64,000 nucleotides of DNA from an uncultured delta proteobacterium (GCA_963745835.1 CAVUZH010000003.1:608001-672000), one strand, 5' to 3'; shown: positions 1 to 10,979, numbered from the stretch's first letter. Notes: generated from the sequence alone by a model not told the origin. Numbers and translations are program-made.

Positions 1-575
1 GCAACCAGGCCAAGAACTTCCCCGTCACCGCCGGTGATCAATTCCTTGGCCGGCGTCGATAGCATCACCTCGATCCGGCGTTGCTTGACGTTGTCATAGA
101 CGACTTTGAACAGCCGCGCGCCGCCACGCAGTCCCTTGGCCCAAGGAAAATCGGAATATGCTTGGAAGTCTTTGAGTTTGATCGAATCAATGTCGTTGGT
201 GCCGGGAAATGGATAGGTGCCGTGACCGCGAGTTTCGGTTTTGGTCGGCTCGGTGCCACTGACTTTGGCGAGGTCGGTAACCCAGTCGATCATCCCGACC
301 ATCTCCTCGGCCATCTTACGCAAAATATCGTCGGGGGTGGTGCCGTTGCAGGTGCGTTTCAAGTATTGAAAAGCGCCCTCGGCGTTATGGGCAAAGGCGA
401 CGCCGCCGCCGGACAGAATCGAGATGCCGCCGGGGTGAGGCATCTTTTCGATCAACAAAACGTTCGCGCCTGCATCGTGTGCGGTGATCGCCGAAATCCC
501 GCCGGCGGCTCCGTAGCCGACTACAATGACGTCTGTTTCTTTGTCCCAGTTGAATGTCTTACCGTTGGTTGCCAA
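1..575 (-). CDS. FAD-dependent oxidoreductase (fumarate reductase / 3-ketosteroid dehydrogenase flavoprotein family), runs off window start
   Basis: Manual minus-strand translation from TTG at 575 (RBS AAAGGAG): MATNGKTFNWDKETDVIVVGYGAAGGISAITAHDAGANVLLIEK...; GxGxxG FAD motif. Absent from the ORF track because it has no stop in the window. Confidence 0.85.
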   Translation of the reverse strand, partial: MATNGKTFNWDKETDVIVVGYGAAGGISAITAHDAGANVLLIEKMPHPGGISILSGGGVAFAHNAEGAFQYLKRTCNGTTPDDILRKMAEEMVGMIDWVTDLAKVSGTEPTKTETRGHGTYPFPGTNDIDSIKLKDFQAYSDFPWAKGLRGGARLFKVVYDNVKQRRIEVMLSTPAKELITGGDGEVLGLV

Positions 576-757
576 AATGAACACTCCTTTGCATAGGAAA
601 TTGAATTATCGATCCAAGTGATGTCGCATTCTACAGACCATTCAAAAAGCTGTAGTTGTGAGGCGTGCGAAAATCGATGCGCCGAGGCGTACTCACATGT
701 ACGTGGAGGTGCAGCGATTGAGAGCAACGAAGCAAATGCGGCTTTTTCAATGGTCTG

Positions 758-1915
758 TCAGAGCCGCTCTTCGAGCCAGTCCAGCATGTACGGAACGTTA
801 TGCGCCCAATAGTCGTGGCTGCAGTGAACCCGCCCGGCGCCATCCTCCTCATTGTATATCCTGAGAGTTTTGTCCTTGGCGCCGATCTCGGAGAACAGTC
901 GTTTGGCGCCTTCAACCGACATCAAAGTGTCTTTGTCGCCGTGGGTAATCAAAGTAGGGCAGGTGATGTTTTGGGCGATACCCGCCATGGTGAAATCTTT
1001 TAATCGCTTACGGGCCTCTTCGTGGCTGACTCCGCCGAGCAAGCGCTGCACGGTCGGTTGCAAGTGATGACAGAAATCGTAGAGATCGTCGAGAATGCTG
1101 TAACAACCGCTCCAGGCGATGAGAGCTTTAATGCGCTTGTCGAATGCGGCTACACGGGGCGCGTAATAACCGGCCATGCTGATGCCGATTAAGGCCATCC
1201 GATTGGGATCTACCTCCGGACGAGAGATCAGGTAATCGAGACAGGCCTTGCCCGGGACTTCGTAATCCGGCCGAGTGCCGATGTTTTTGAGATAAATCGA
1301 TGAGCCGCGTCCCGGCGTGTCAACCAGCAGCACGGCCCAGCCCCGTTCGGTCATCAGCTTGGCAGCGAAGTAGATCTCCTCGGCGTAAGCATCGGCGCCG
1401 CCGAGAAAAAAAATCGCCGGCCACTTACCGGCCGCGGGGTTAGTGGGATGACAGAAGTAGCCATCATACTCGTCTTCACCGCATTGAACGGAGATCACTT
1501 CGATGGCCGGCGTATTCAATCCTGCCCCGGCACGAAAGCACTCTTGAGCTTTGCGGAAGCGTTCTGCTTTGCGGTCATTCTCTTGATAGGTGAGAAACAC
1601 ATCGGACATGCGGTAATACTGGTTGGCGTGGAAAAAATAATCCCGCGCAGTAATCTTTCTTCCGGCCCCCAGGGCTTCTGTGGCGCGCGCTTCGGTCTTC
1701 TCTGCCAGCTCGAGCCAGCCTTTTTCCCAGCTTTGTTTATCTCCGGGTTTGATATCTCGACACGTCCGGGCGATGTCGAATAGATCGCCGCCGCCTTGCT
1801 GCGCCTGCGCCACCAGTCTCAAGGTCTGGCCGCCAAAAGGTTCTGTGGGAAATAAGAAATCGAACATATTCACCTCAGTGCTATCAAATCTGCCGCCGCT
1901 TTCGGGTACGGACAT
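758..1915 (-). CDS. Alpha/beta hydrolase (FrsA / 2,6-dihydroxypseudooxynicotine hydrolase-like)
   Basis: GISMAG nucleophile elbow, GGADA, DTPGRG, C-terminal HC; true start may be near 1867. Confidence 0.85.
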   Translation of the reverse strand: MSVPESGGRFDSTEVNMFDFLFPTEPFGGQTLRLVAQAQQGGGDLFDIARTCRDIKPGDKQSWEKGWLELAEKTEARATEALGAGRKITARDYFFHANQYYRMSDVFLTYQENDRKAERFRKAQECFRAGAGLNTPAIEVISVQCGEDEYDGYFCHPTNPAAGKWPAIFFLGGADAYAEEIYFAAKLMTERGWAVLLVDTPGRGSSIYLKNIGTRPDYEVPGKACLDYLISRPEVDPNRMALIGISMAGYYAPRVAAFDKRIKALIAWSGCYSILDDLYDFCHHLQPTVQRLLGGVSHEEARKRLKDFTMAGIAQNITCPTLITHGDKDTLMSVEGAKRLFSEIGAKDKTLRIYNEEDGAGRVHCSHDYWAHNVPYMLDWLEERL

Positions 1916-2050
1916 TCAAGAGGTGATCTTACTGCAAATCCGTTTCTAAAGTCTACGCGCGGAAGCGGTTGACAGAGTCGCCGGTGATCATGATAGTTTT
2001 GAGCGATTAAGTATCTTTTAAATACGCGACGATGATAGGGAGCGATTCGG

Positions 2051-3174
2051 ATGAAATCGGGTTTCAAGATTATGGATTCGGATATGCATTTGCGCGAGCC
2101 GGCAGATCTCTGGGACAAATACATGGAACCGGAATTCCGCGATCAGGCGCCGAAAATTTTAAGTTCGACAGCGCGAAGCTCGGCGATGGTTTTGCTCGAT
2201 GGCAGGATTCTGCAGGGCTATCAGCCAACCTACCGCGGCGGCATATTCGATGCGACGCGCATCGATGACGAGATTGCCGATGCGCGCGCGAGAAAGTTCG
2301 ACAGCGCCAGCCAACTTCAGGCAATGGATCGCGAAGGATTGGACGTGGCGGCGCTCTATCCGTCGATCGGATTGGGAATCATGATGCGGGAACAAATCAA
2401 TCCGAAGCTCGCCGCAGCCATGGCGCGCGCTTACAATAATTGGCTCTACGATTTCTGCCAGGCTGATCCCAAGCGACTCAAAGGCGTGGCGATGCTGCCG
2501 CTTCACGATCCCGCCGAAGCCGTCAAAGAAGCGCAACGCGCGATCGGCAAGCTCGGGTTTGTCGGAGTTTTCGCCCGGCCCGAGCCTTTGCATGATTTGC
2601 CGTGGCATTCCCGTTATTTCGATACCCTATGGTCGGCCCTCGAGGAGCTTGGAGTCCCGCTGGGTTTTCATTCGGCGGCGGCGGCAGGCGAGCTACCGCA
2701 AATCGGCGATCGTTTCGGCGATAATCTGCTGCTCCGCCACGTGGTCTCTCATCCGATGGAAAACATGCTGGCGATGGCGGATATTATCGGTGGCGGCGTG
2801 TGCGACCGGCACCCCAAACTCAAAGGTGGCGTTTCTGGAATGTTATTGCGGTTGGGTTTCGTTTCTCCTGCACCGCCTGGACAATGCCATGGAAAAGGGA
2901 CGCTTTCCCACCGCGGGCAAGTTAAAACCGAGCGAATATTTCCAACGACAATGCTGGATCTCGACCGAGCACGAAAAAGAGTTGCCGATGATCATCGAGC
3001 CTGATGGGCGATGACAACATCGTATTTTCTACGGATTACCCGCACGGCGACTCCGACTTTCCGCGCGCCGTGGAAGAGTTTTTGGAAATGGGCGGGGTTT
3101 CAAAAGAGAGCCAGAAGAAAATTTTGTGGGACAACTGCGCGCGCCTTTATGGGCTAACAGTTAATCGGAATTAG
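2051..3174 (+). CDS. Amidohydrolase_2 family protein (frameshifted near 2825 and 3000)
   Basis: DSDMH N-terminal motif; continues in other frames as KVAFLECYCGW and FSTDYPHGDS...ILWDNCARLYGL; stop at 3174. Confidence 0.85.
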
Positions 3175-3360
3175 AATGATGGAGTCGATGGAGCTGATGC
3201 TGTCCGAATCAATGCTTCGACATCCGAGTATCTCTCACCTCTCGATGAGGTGAGCCTTAGCAGTAGGGCGTCGCAAATGATCTTACACGTATCGGAGTGC
3301 CAGGCGAGCGTACCCGTAAAGCCAAATTCTAACCTTCTCTCTGTTTCAAGTCGGAAGGAA

Positions 3361-4385
3361 TCGATGACCATGCGGAAAGATCGAAAATCGAAAATGGTTG
3401 GGGTTCTTTGTCCTTGCTGATCGCGATTCTGCGATTGTGCGCGGCTGTGGCTCGACGCGCAGCAGACAGGGAAAATTTTCCGCATAGGTTTCCTGGATAC
3501 ATAGCACTGCTTCTGGTAGCGCGGTCCTCGTGGAAGCGTTCCGGCAGGAGCTGCGCAAGCTTGGCTGGATTGAGGGAAAGAATATCACCATCGAGTACCG
3601 GTTTGCCGAGCAAAAGCGTGAGCGGCTACCTGAGCTTGCGGCGGACTTGGTTCGTCTCAAGGTTGATCTGATCGTGGTCACAGGGACGACCACCGGCGTT
3701 AGCGGCGAAGAAAGCGACCACGACCATCCCCATCGTGATGGCGAACGCTGGGGACCCCGTGGGTGCAGGTCTGGTTGCCAGTCTGGCGCGGCCGGGAGGC
3801 AATGTCACTGGGCTCTCGAGTTTAGGGCCGAGCTAAACACGCAAAAGGCTAGAGATACTCAAGGACGCGGTCCCCAAGCTCGCCCGAGTTGGACTTCTGC
3901 GGTCGCCGGGAGCCAGCATAGCAGAGACCTCCAACTGAAAGAGCTCAGGCCTGCGGCTGTGGCACTGAAGCTAAAATTGGAGGAGATCGAGACTCAACTC
4001 GACGCCAAAGGTTTAGAGAGCGCCTTTCAAACCGCAAAGCAGAAACAGGTGGGCGCGATTATGACGACCACCACTCGCCACTTTTTCGCTGAAAGAAAGC
4101 GGATCGTCGAGCTTGCCGGCAAATACCGGTTGCCGGCTATTTACTTTTCAGAAGGAGTTTGTCGATGAGGGCGGTCTCATGTCCTACGGGGCGGACTACG
4201 ATGACCTCTATCGGCGCGCGGCTGTTTACGTGGACAAGATCTTGAAAGGCGCCAAACCGGCTGATTTGCCGGTGCAGCAGGCGACGAAGTTTGAATTCGT
4301 CATAAACCTTAAGGCGGCAAAACAGATTGGTCTGACAATTCCGAACCGCGTGCTCGAGCGGGCGAATACAAGTGATTCAAGTTGA
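3361..4385 (+). CDS. ABC transporter substrate-binding protein (ABC_sub_bind family), multiple frameshifts
   Basis: Fragments RIGFLD, EAFRQELRKLGWIEGKNITIEYRFAE, GGLMSYG, RAAVYVDKILKGAKPADLPVQQATKFEFVINLKAAKQIG. Confidence 0.85.
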
Positions 4386-4411
4386 TGACAGGCAATAGGC
4401 AACAGGCAAAG

Positions 4412-4471
4412 GTAGGGGTCGGACTTATGTGTCCGCCCGTTCGGAGGGCCGACACGCAGGTCGGCCCTTGC
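4412..4471. repeat. Inverted pair of GTAG-type REP-like elements (REPIN-like)
   Basis: GTAGGGGTCGGACTTATGTGTCCGCCC followed by inverted GGGCCGACACGCAGGTCGGCCCTTGC; intergenic. Confidence 0.6.
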
Positions 4472-4499
4472 TGACATGCAGTTCCGATTCTGATCCGAC

Positions 4500-4530
4500 A
4501 ATCGAAAATCCAAAATCTAAAATCTAAAAT
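4500..4530 (+). repeat. Heptamer tandem repeat (AATCNAA)x4
   Basis: AATCGAA AATCCAA AATCTAA AATCTAA AAT; related GGCAATA/GGCAACA heptamers at 4391-4410. Confidence 0.75.
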
Positions 4531-6799
4531 GAAATTGGGAGGTGAATCTTGGCATTATCGCACCATTGGAAAGACGCTGCCCCGCATCGAGGGCGAAGGG
4601 AAAGTTACCGGACAAACAAAGTACGCGGCGGACTTGCCGTTCGAAAATCTGCTGTGGGCTAAAGTTCTGCGCGCTTCGGTGCCGCACGCGCGGATCGTCA
4701 ATATCGATACGTCCAAAGCAAAGGCGCTGAAAGGCGTGCGCGCCGTGCTGACCGGCGCGGATGTCAAAGATATTTACGTCGGCACGCGCGTAAAGGACCA
4801 ACCGGTCCTGGCTTACGACAAAGTTAGGATGGGCGGCGATGCGGTGGCGGCAGTGGCGGCCGATAGTGAGGAGATCGCGGAAGAGGCGATTGGACTGATC
4901 GATGTTCAGTATGAAGAGCTCCCTTACGTCGAAGATCCGGTCGAAGCGTTGAAACCCAGCGCCCCACTGATTCACGACGACCGCGGCAAATATAAAAACG
5001 CGCCAAAATTGCCGGAAGGTGTTTCGCCGCACAACCTGCAGTCCTACGTGTTGTGGAAAAACGGCGACATCGAAGCCGGTTTCCAGAAGGCGGCGCGAGT
5101 ATTCGAGCATACTTTCCGCACGCCGCTATCGCATCACGGTTATATCGAGCCCTGTGCCTGCACGGTGCAGGTTCACGACGACGGCCGGGTCGAAGTGTGG
5201 GCGTCGAACAAAGGGCCCTGGGGTTTGCGCGAACAGATGGCGGAAGACTTCGGCGTGCCGAAGGAAAAAATCAAAATCCATATCGTTCACGTCGGCGGCG
5301 ACTTCGGCGCCAAGGCATCATTGATCGACGTGCCGGTGGCTTATTACCTATCGAAGGCGACCAAACAGCCGGTAAAGTTGGTTTTCGACTACACGGACGA
5401 GCTTCTCGCCGGCGGCCACCGCCATCCCGCGGTGCTTGCGCTGCGAACGGGCGTAGATCAGGACGGACATTTTACCGCGATCAAAGCGACTATCCATTTT
5501 AGCGGCGGCGCTTACGGCTCGCAGAAAGCCAATCCTCAGGTGACCGTGCTCGGCGGACGGCGCCTGGCGAGCATGTATCGAGTGCCGGCGATCAGCTGCG
5601 AGACTTATTGCTCGTATACCAATCAGGTTCCTTGCACCCAAACGCGCACGCCGGGCAGTCCGCAGGTCGTGTTCGCGTTCGAGTCGCAGGTGGAAATCAT
5701 CGCCAAGGAGATGGGCATCGATGCTCTCGAGTTGCGCCGAAGGAATATTCTGCACGACGGCGATGCCAATCCCATGGGTGAAAAATGGACCGATATTCTC
5801 ATGGGCGAAGTGCTGGAACGCGTCGTGAAAACTTCCGGCTGGAAGAAGGACGGAGCGAAGAAAAACCGCGGCTGGGGCATGGCGCTCTATGATCGCGGCA
5901 CGCCGGAAGGGAAAGCGAGCTCGGCATTGACGCTGGAGGCCGACGGCAAGGTCAATATCCTCACCGGCGTGCCCGATGTCGGTCCCGGATATTATACCGT
6001 CAGCCAGCAAATGGTCTGTGAAACGCTCGGGCTGCCGCCGGAGAAAGTTGGCGTGGTTTTCAAAGACACCGATAGCCTGCCTTTCGATCCCGGCACCGGC
6101 GGCAGCAAACAGACGAATACTTCCGGTCACGCGGTCAATCAGTCCGCGCATGAGGTGCGCGAGAAATTAGTCGCCCTGGCGGCGCGGGAATTAGGTTGTC
6201 AGCCGGAGGAGATTCGGCAGGAGGGCGGCAAGCTCACGGCGCCCAACAAGAAGTCGACGACAACGCAAAAGATGATCGAGCTGGCTGTCAAAGAAAACGG
6301 CGGCCCGGTCTTTCACCTGACCAATTTTGTCCCCAAGGACATGCCGAAGGTAACCGGCTTCGCGGCGCAAGTGGCTGAGGTGGAAGTTGATCCGACTACC
6401 GGTGGCGTGAAGGTTCTAAATTTGACCACGGCGCACGATACCGGCACGGTGCTCAATCATCTCACGCTCACCGGGCAGATCGAAGGCGGAATCATTACCG
6501 GTCTTGGCTTTGCATTGATGGAAGAGAATCCGATGATTGATGGCAAGATCGCAACATTGACTTTAGGCGAGTCCAAGCTGCCATGCATCGCCGACGTGCC
6601 GCCGTTGAAAACCGTGTTGGTCGAAAGTCCCACCGGACCGACGCCGTTCGGCGGTAAAGCGATTGCCGAAAATCCCAACGTGCCGACAGCGGCGGCGATC
6701 GCCAATGCGATCGCCGATGCTTGCGGCGTGCGAATTTTTGACTTGCCCTTGTCGCCGGAAAAGGTCTTCTGGGCGTTGCACGGAAAGATCAATAACTGA
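4529..6799 (+). CDS. Xanthine dehydrogenase family molybdopterin-binding subunit
   Basis: KVTGQTKYAAD, VGGDFGAK, AHDTG..N..GQIEGG, GPTPFGGKAIAE, ANAIADACGVR motifs; 756 aa. Confidence 0.93.
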   Translation: MKLGGESWHYRTIGKTLPRIEGEGKVTGQTKYAADLPFENLLWAKVLRASVPHARIVNIDTSKAKALKGVRAVLTGADVKDIYVGTRVKDQPVLAYDKVRMGGDAVAAVAADSEEIAEEAIGLIDVQYEELPYVEDPVEALKPSAPLIHDDRGKYKNAPKLPEGVSPHNLQSYVLWKNGDIEAGFQKAARVFEHTFRTPLSHHGYIEPCACTVQVHDDGRVEVWASNKGPWGLREQMAEDFGVPKEKIKIHIVHVGGDFGAKASLIDVPVAYYLSKATKQPVKLVFDYTDELLAGGHRHPAVLALRTGVDQDGHFTAIKATIHFSGGAYGSQKANPQVTVLGGRRLASMYRVPAISCETYCSYTNQVPCTQTRTPGSPQVVFAFESQVEIIAKEMGIDALELRRRNILHDGDANPMGEKWTDILMGEVLERVVKTSGWKKDGAKKNRGWGMALYDRGTPEGKASSALTLEADGKVNILTGVPDVGPGYYTVSQQMVCETLGLPPEKVGVVFKDTDSLPFDPGTGGSKQTNTSGHAVNQSAHEVREKLVALAARELGCQPEEIRQEGGKLTAPNKKSTTTQKMIELAVKENGGPVFHLTNFVPKDMPKVTGFAAQVAEVEVDPTTGGVKVLNLTTAHDTGTVLNHLTLTGQIEGGIITGLGFALMEENPMIDGKIATLTLGESKLPCIADVPPLKTVLVESPTGPTPFGGKAIAENPNVPTAAAIANAIADACGVRIFDLPLSPEKVFWALHGKINN

Positions 6800-7251
6800 A
6801 ATGGCGATCAGGTTGTTAGGACATCAAACCGCGTTCAGGTGAAAGTAGTGGTTGCTTGTAGCAGTGCGGCGGACGACAAGCACTAATATCGAGCCTATTC
6901 GTCGCGGCTTTCGCGCTCGTCTGTTGATTGCGCAACGTCGACTCGTTCTGAAGTTGAAGGAGAGTTGCTTGGATAAACGTGGATTCACCCCGATTGTTAA
7001 GGAGGGTTGCGGCGCGAAAATTAAAGTAATTGATTATATGTCAGGAACTACCTGCGAGAGCTTGGCGAGGCTGATTCTCTGCGTGGATGAGATCGATAGA
7101 GGACCATAGAGGCGCGGCTTCGCTTGCGGACACGTCGTTGAACATTTTCGAATCAGTTTCGCATGTTGTGATTGATAGTCTCCGACGCAAATGGAATTTC
7201 TCGAGCTAGAGAAGATTACCAAGGTGCTTCAAAACCGATGGCGAGGCAATT

Positions 7252-7479
7252 GTGGAATTCGAACATGATGGACATCACGTTCATCTCATCGAACTACCCA
7301 CCAGCAGTGGCAGACGCTGGAAATTTAGCGTCGTAGTGTGCTGGGAAAGTGAAGGCATCAGGCGAGTGCGAGCTTTGAACTGTATTGGGCGCGCCTTCGA
7401 GACGGCGCATAATGCCAGGCTCGAAGGCATCGAGTTCACCAAGAGATGGATCGACGAAGGAAAGCCGGCACCACATTAA
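7252..7479 (+). CDS. Small hypothetical protein
   Basis: 75-aa ORF, GAGG upstream of GTG, plausible beta/alpha composition. Confidence 0.5.
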   Translation: MEFEHDGHHVHLIELPTSSGRRWKFSVVVCWESEGIRRVRALNCIGRAFETAHNARLEGIEFTKRWIDEGKPAPH

Positions 7480-7736
7480 TCCGTGATCTCGATGGCGTTC
7501 AGGTTCCATAGCAGCGCAATATTCCGAGCGCGCCGGTTTCGGCAGCTGGGTCAAATGACAACCTTTAGAGGCCCGACCATCGGTAGTAATAGCGTCGCGC
7601 TAGCACAAACCAAACCATGAATAGATGTCGCCTTCTTTTCCCCTCAATCGGTACTTAGTTTTCCGTAGGTATTCTGGGAGCACAAGATGATCACTGAGGC
7701 AGTGATAGTTTCTCAGTGACCGTGTGCCTGACCAAG

Positions 7737-8147
7737 ATGAACAGCGTCGAAGTTGTCGCCGGTTTGATCGTTCAAGAAGGGCTGTTGCTCGTTTGCCAGC
7801 GTAAGGAGGAGGGAACCTTTCCCCTCAAGTGGGAATTTCCTGGTGGCAAAGTGGAAAGTGACGAGGGGCACGAGGATGCCTTATGCCGCGAGTTGATGGA
7901 AGAACTCGGTATTAGAGCCGATAAGCTGAGCGAAATCTTCAGACACACGCACAAATATTCGGATGCGTTCGTGGTAAATCTTAGATTCTATCGGGTTCAT
8001 AGTTTTACCGGTGTGTTAAGAAATCGTGCGTTCCAGAATCTGGTCTGGGCCGGGATCGACAAGCTCGCTACGTTCGATTTCCTCGACGGAGATTTGCCGC
8101 TCGTAGATCTGTTACTATCTGCTTCAGGCCGAGAATTACTCGCGTGA
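7737..8147 (+). CDS. mutT: NUDIX hydrolase, MutT/NudG-like
   Basis: WEFPGGKVE....E.AL.REL.EELG Nudix box. Confidence 0.85.
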   Translation: MNSVEVVAGLIVQEGLLLVCQRKEEGTFPLKWEFPGGKVESDEGHEDALCRELMEELGIRADKLSEIFRHTHKYSDAFVVNLRFYRVHSFTGVLRNRAFQNLVWAGIDKLATFDFLDGDLPLVDLLLSASGRELLA

Positions 8148-8247
8148 TATCTCGCTGCCGTCGTTCCAACCGGAGTCTACGTTGACCTAGAGATTTGACA
8201 GATGCACAACCCATCGGTATTCTAGCGACACTTTTTCAACTGCAGCT

Positions 8248-8856
8248 ATGACAAAAAGGGCTTCAATTGGTTTTTTTTTCCTTCTTTATCAGTTGTCCAC
8301 CGTGGCTACCGCTCTGGCGGATGTCTATGTGCATAAGGATAAACAAGGAGTCTTAACCTTCACCAACGTCCCTAATCACAGCGGTTTTCGCCGGGTGATT
8401 CGTGAGTCAATCTCACCATTGCGGGGGCAGACTTATAGACCCAACTTCGAGGATTTTATCATCTCCGCATCCGCTCGCCATAGCATCGACGCAGATTTGA
8501 TTCGCGCTGTGATCAAAACGGAGTCGGATTTCAATTCAAACGCGCGCTCTTCTAAAGGAGCAATGGGATTGATGCAGCTAATGCCTGATACAGCTCGGCA
8601 ACACAATGTTCTTGATGCGTACAATCCACTAGAGAATATCGAGGGCGGTGCGCGACATCTTCGGTTGTTACTCAGCCGTTACCGCGGCAATCTGGAACTG
8701 AGTCTCGCGGCCTATAACGCCGGCATTAACGCTGTTGAAAGACATGGAGGTATTCCTCCGTATGCCGAAACTCGCCAATACGTGCGGCGCGTCCTGCATT
8801 TTTACGACGGCTACCGCGAAACCGGGTTGCAGAACGTCCGGCAGGTGCAGCAATAA
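8248..8856 (+). CDS. Lytic transglycosylase (SLT domain) with N-terminal DUF4124-like region
   Basis: AVIKTES, GAMGLMQLMP, LAAYNAG, ETRQYV; signal peptide. Confidence 0.93.
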   Translation: MTKRASIGFFFLLYQLSTVATALADVYVHKDKQGVLTFTNVPNHSGFRRVIRESISPLRGQTYRPNFEDFIISASARHSIDADLIRAVIKTESDFNSNARSSKGAMGLMQLMPDTARQHNVLDAYNPLENIEGGARHLRLLLSRYRGNLELSLAAYNAGINAVERHGGIPPYAETRQYVRRVLHFYDGYRETGLQNVRQVQQ

Positions 8857-8892
8857 CGCTGCCTTGCACAAACCGTCCTCATTGAGCTTCAC

Positions 8893-9468
8893 GTGGTTTG
8901 GACGTTTCCCAACTTTCTCAGTCTGATCCGAATTCTGATCATCCCGCTACTCGTTTATTTGTTGACGCTGACAGACCGCACTTCGAGCCTGATCGCTGCA
9001 GTTCTGTACTTACTGGCTTCGATAACCGATTACTTCGATGGCTATCTGGCAAGACGCAATAAGAGCGTCTCCGATGTCGGCAAAATCCTCGATCCGCTTG
9101 CAGACAAGTTGATGGTGGCTTCGGCTCTGATCATGCTCGCAGCCATGGACCGTCCGGGCGAGCCGAGTGTGCCCGCCTGGCTGGTGGTCATTATTATTGC
9201 CAGGGAAACCGCTGTCACCATTATTCGCGGCATTGCTTTGACTGAAGGAATCGTCATGCATGCCGAGGCGCTCGGTAAGTACAAATTCATTTTACAATCT
9301 TTCGCAGTGGTGGGTCTTTTGGTGCACTACGCTTATTGGGGTGTCGACTTTTATACGGCGGGAATTTATTTTTTAACGCTGGCAGCTGTGCTCGCGTTAT
9401 GGTCGGGCGTCAATTATCACGTGCAGTTTTTCCGCCTTCGACAGGCTCGCGTCTCCGCGCATAGCTGA
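8893..9468 (+). CDS. pgsA: CDP-diacylglycerol--glycerol-3-phosphate 3-phosphatidyltransferase
   Basis: PNFLSLIR, TDYFDGYLARR, GKILDPLADK; classic pgsA-tRNA-Gly synteny. Confidence 0.95.
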   Translation: MVWTFPNFLSLIRILIIPLLVYLLTLTDRTSSLIAAVLYLLASITDYFDGYLARRNKSVSDVGKILDPLADKLMVASALIMLAAMDRPGEPSVPAWLVVIIIARETAVTIIRGIALTEGIVMHAEALGKYKFILQSFAVVGLLVHYAYWGVDFYTAGIYFLTLAAVLALWSGVNYHVQFFRLRQARVSAHS

Positions 9469-9512
9469 TCTAAATTGACAATATCTCTGGCTTCGTATAA
9501 TTTTTAGATCAT

Positions 9513-9589
9513 GCGGGTGTAGCTCAGTTGGCTAGAGCGTATGCTTGCCAAGCATAAGGTCGGGAGTTCGACCCTCCTCACCCGCTCCA
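9513..9589 (+). tRNA. tRNA-Gly (GCC)
   Basis: GCGGGTG acceptor stem, AGCTCAGTTGG D-arm, TATGC-TTGCCAA-GCATA anticodon arm, GGGAGTTCGACCCTCC T-arm, CCA end. Confidence 0.97.
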
Positions 9590-9615
9590 TCTTTAAGCCC
9601 TTGAGAAATCGAGGG
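9541..9615 (+). repeat. attL: 75-bp direct repeat (tRNA-Gly 3' part plus terminator)
   Basis: Identical to 23952-24026. Confidence 0.95.
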
Positions 9616-9626
9616 CTTTTTCTTTT
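9595..9626 (+). terminator. Rho-independent terminator after tRNA-Gly
   Basis: AAGCCCTTGA-GAAA-TCGAGGGCTT hairpin followed by T-tract. Confidence 0.85.
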
Positions 9627-9769
9627 CTAGTGGAGCAGGGGAGTTATCAACCTCAGAAGCAGGTTTCACTAAGGTTGCACTTTTCTCGATCTGTCTTTCG
9701 ACTCGCGCCAGCCAACAACCGGACGATCATCCAGTTCGTCCCACGCCTCCCCAGCAACGCAACTCAACC

Positions 9770-9851
9770 GGCCGACACCGCAACGCGGCGGCAAAGTGGT
9801 CGACACATGGAGGCCCTCAAGCGCAGCATAGAACAGATGCAGGCCCAATGA
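9770..9851 (+). pseudogene. Ku (NHEJ) C-terminal remnant
   Basis: RGGKVVD-[frameshift]-MEALKRSIEQ resembles the Ku tail motif KVVDLMEALKRS. Confidence 0.55.
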
Positions 9852-9952
9852 CGTATTCTCGCTCCTAAATAAGCCAGGTATGACAGCCTCCAGTGCGTTA
9901 GGCCGGTAGCGATTCACAGTTTCCCTCCTGTAGCGCAGCGACCACTGCTTGC

Positions 9953-10273
9953 CTTACAGCCGCCCGGACAGATATATACCCCGCCTCGTATTGATGCAGA
10001 GAAGATGAGGATGATGCGGTTTTGGGGATGAAGAACGGCTTACCAGAGAATGAAACCTGTAGACACAATACCTCGGCAAGTTCTCATCACACTTAAAGAG
10101 GAACAGGCTTGTCTTCAACTCTGGCTTAAAGATAAGTCGGTTAACGAGGACGTGCGCCGGGACATTGAATGTCTCTAACAAAGATCAGTGAGGCCCTGGG
10201 AAAACTTGCTGCATTGGAGAAAGGAGATGACGATAGCAAAACAGACAGTCGCAAATCTGTAAGACTCAGCGAA
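9953..10273 (+). repeat. Diverged copy 1 of a ~320-bp internal repeat (degraded copy of the 14580-14795 ORF)
   Basis: Aligns by eye with 14484-14806 over its whole length. Confidence 0.9.
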
Positions 10274-10476
10274 GAAAGGCGGGCCACTACGGGGAAAGTT
10301 TGATGACAAATTGTCCGGCGACAACGATGGTGTTTTGATTACATCCGATGCAATCCTCGGTAAAACTGATCTCACAGAGGAAAGTCAAACATGCCTAATC
10401 AGCAGCTGAGGAAAGCCCCATGTTGGACCCAGTGAAAAAACTTGAACGTGAAGCAGTGCTGAAACGCATCCGTGAA

Positions 10477-10665
10477 TTAGATGCTGAGATCGCGCAGCCG
10501 TTGTAGAATACTTTTCATGATTTTAATCTCGCCTTCTAAACTCTTTATCACTTCAGGCGAAGTTGTGGAGTATTCCAATTTCAGTACATGAACCTCGGTA
10601 GAGATTATGCTCAATGAATTGGCCAAATCGTGTGCGAGGCTCTCCAGCTCATTTTTTGAAGCCAC
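10477..10665 (-). CDS. Stand-alone HisKA-like (H-box) small protein
   Basis: LAHDLANSLSII H-box followed by a second amphipathic helix; 62 aa. Confidence 0.55.
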   Translation of the reverse strand: MASKNELESLAHDLANSLSIISTEVHVLKLEYSTTSPEVIKSLEGEIKIMKSILQRLRDLSI

Positions 10666-10751
10666 GCTGTGACAGCCATAAGCATGCCAAATTCCAAAGT
10701 TCGGTTGCTACTTCCAAGAAAGAAGAACGCCCTGTAGATGGTTCAGCCCTT

Positions 10752-10979
10752 TCAGCAACCCGAGACCAGAAAGATCTCTCTTATCATGTAGTGTCTTCCA
10801 AGCTTCGGACAATATAACCTTATGTCTTCTAGCGCGGCTGTATTTGCCGGAGGAGTTTTATTAGAAAATGCTCGTGCAATACTTTGTTTGAAGAGCTCAC
10901 CGGGTAAGCTGACTGCAGTTCCCATCGTATGATTATCACCACACGCATTGCACACGGCCCAAACCTGATACATCACCAT
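10752..10979 (-). CDS. Small putative Zn-binding protein
   Basis: CNAC..H and distal C; GGAGG RBS. Confidence 0.5.
   Translation of the reverse strand: MVMYQVWAVCNACGDNHTMGTAVSLPGELFKQSIARAFSNKTPPANTAALEDIRLYCPKLGRHYMIREIFLVSGC

Noticed and set aside
81-596. 171-aa plus-strand ORF and other long antisense ORFs (e.g. 5348-6151, 46675-47373, 49640-50482)
   Set aside because: Shadow ORFs opposite well-supported genes
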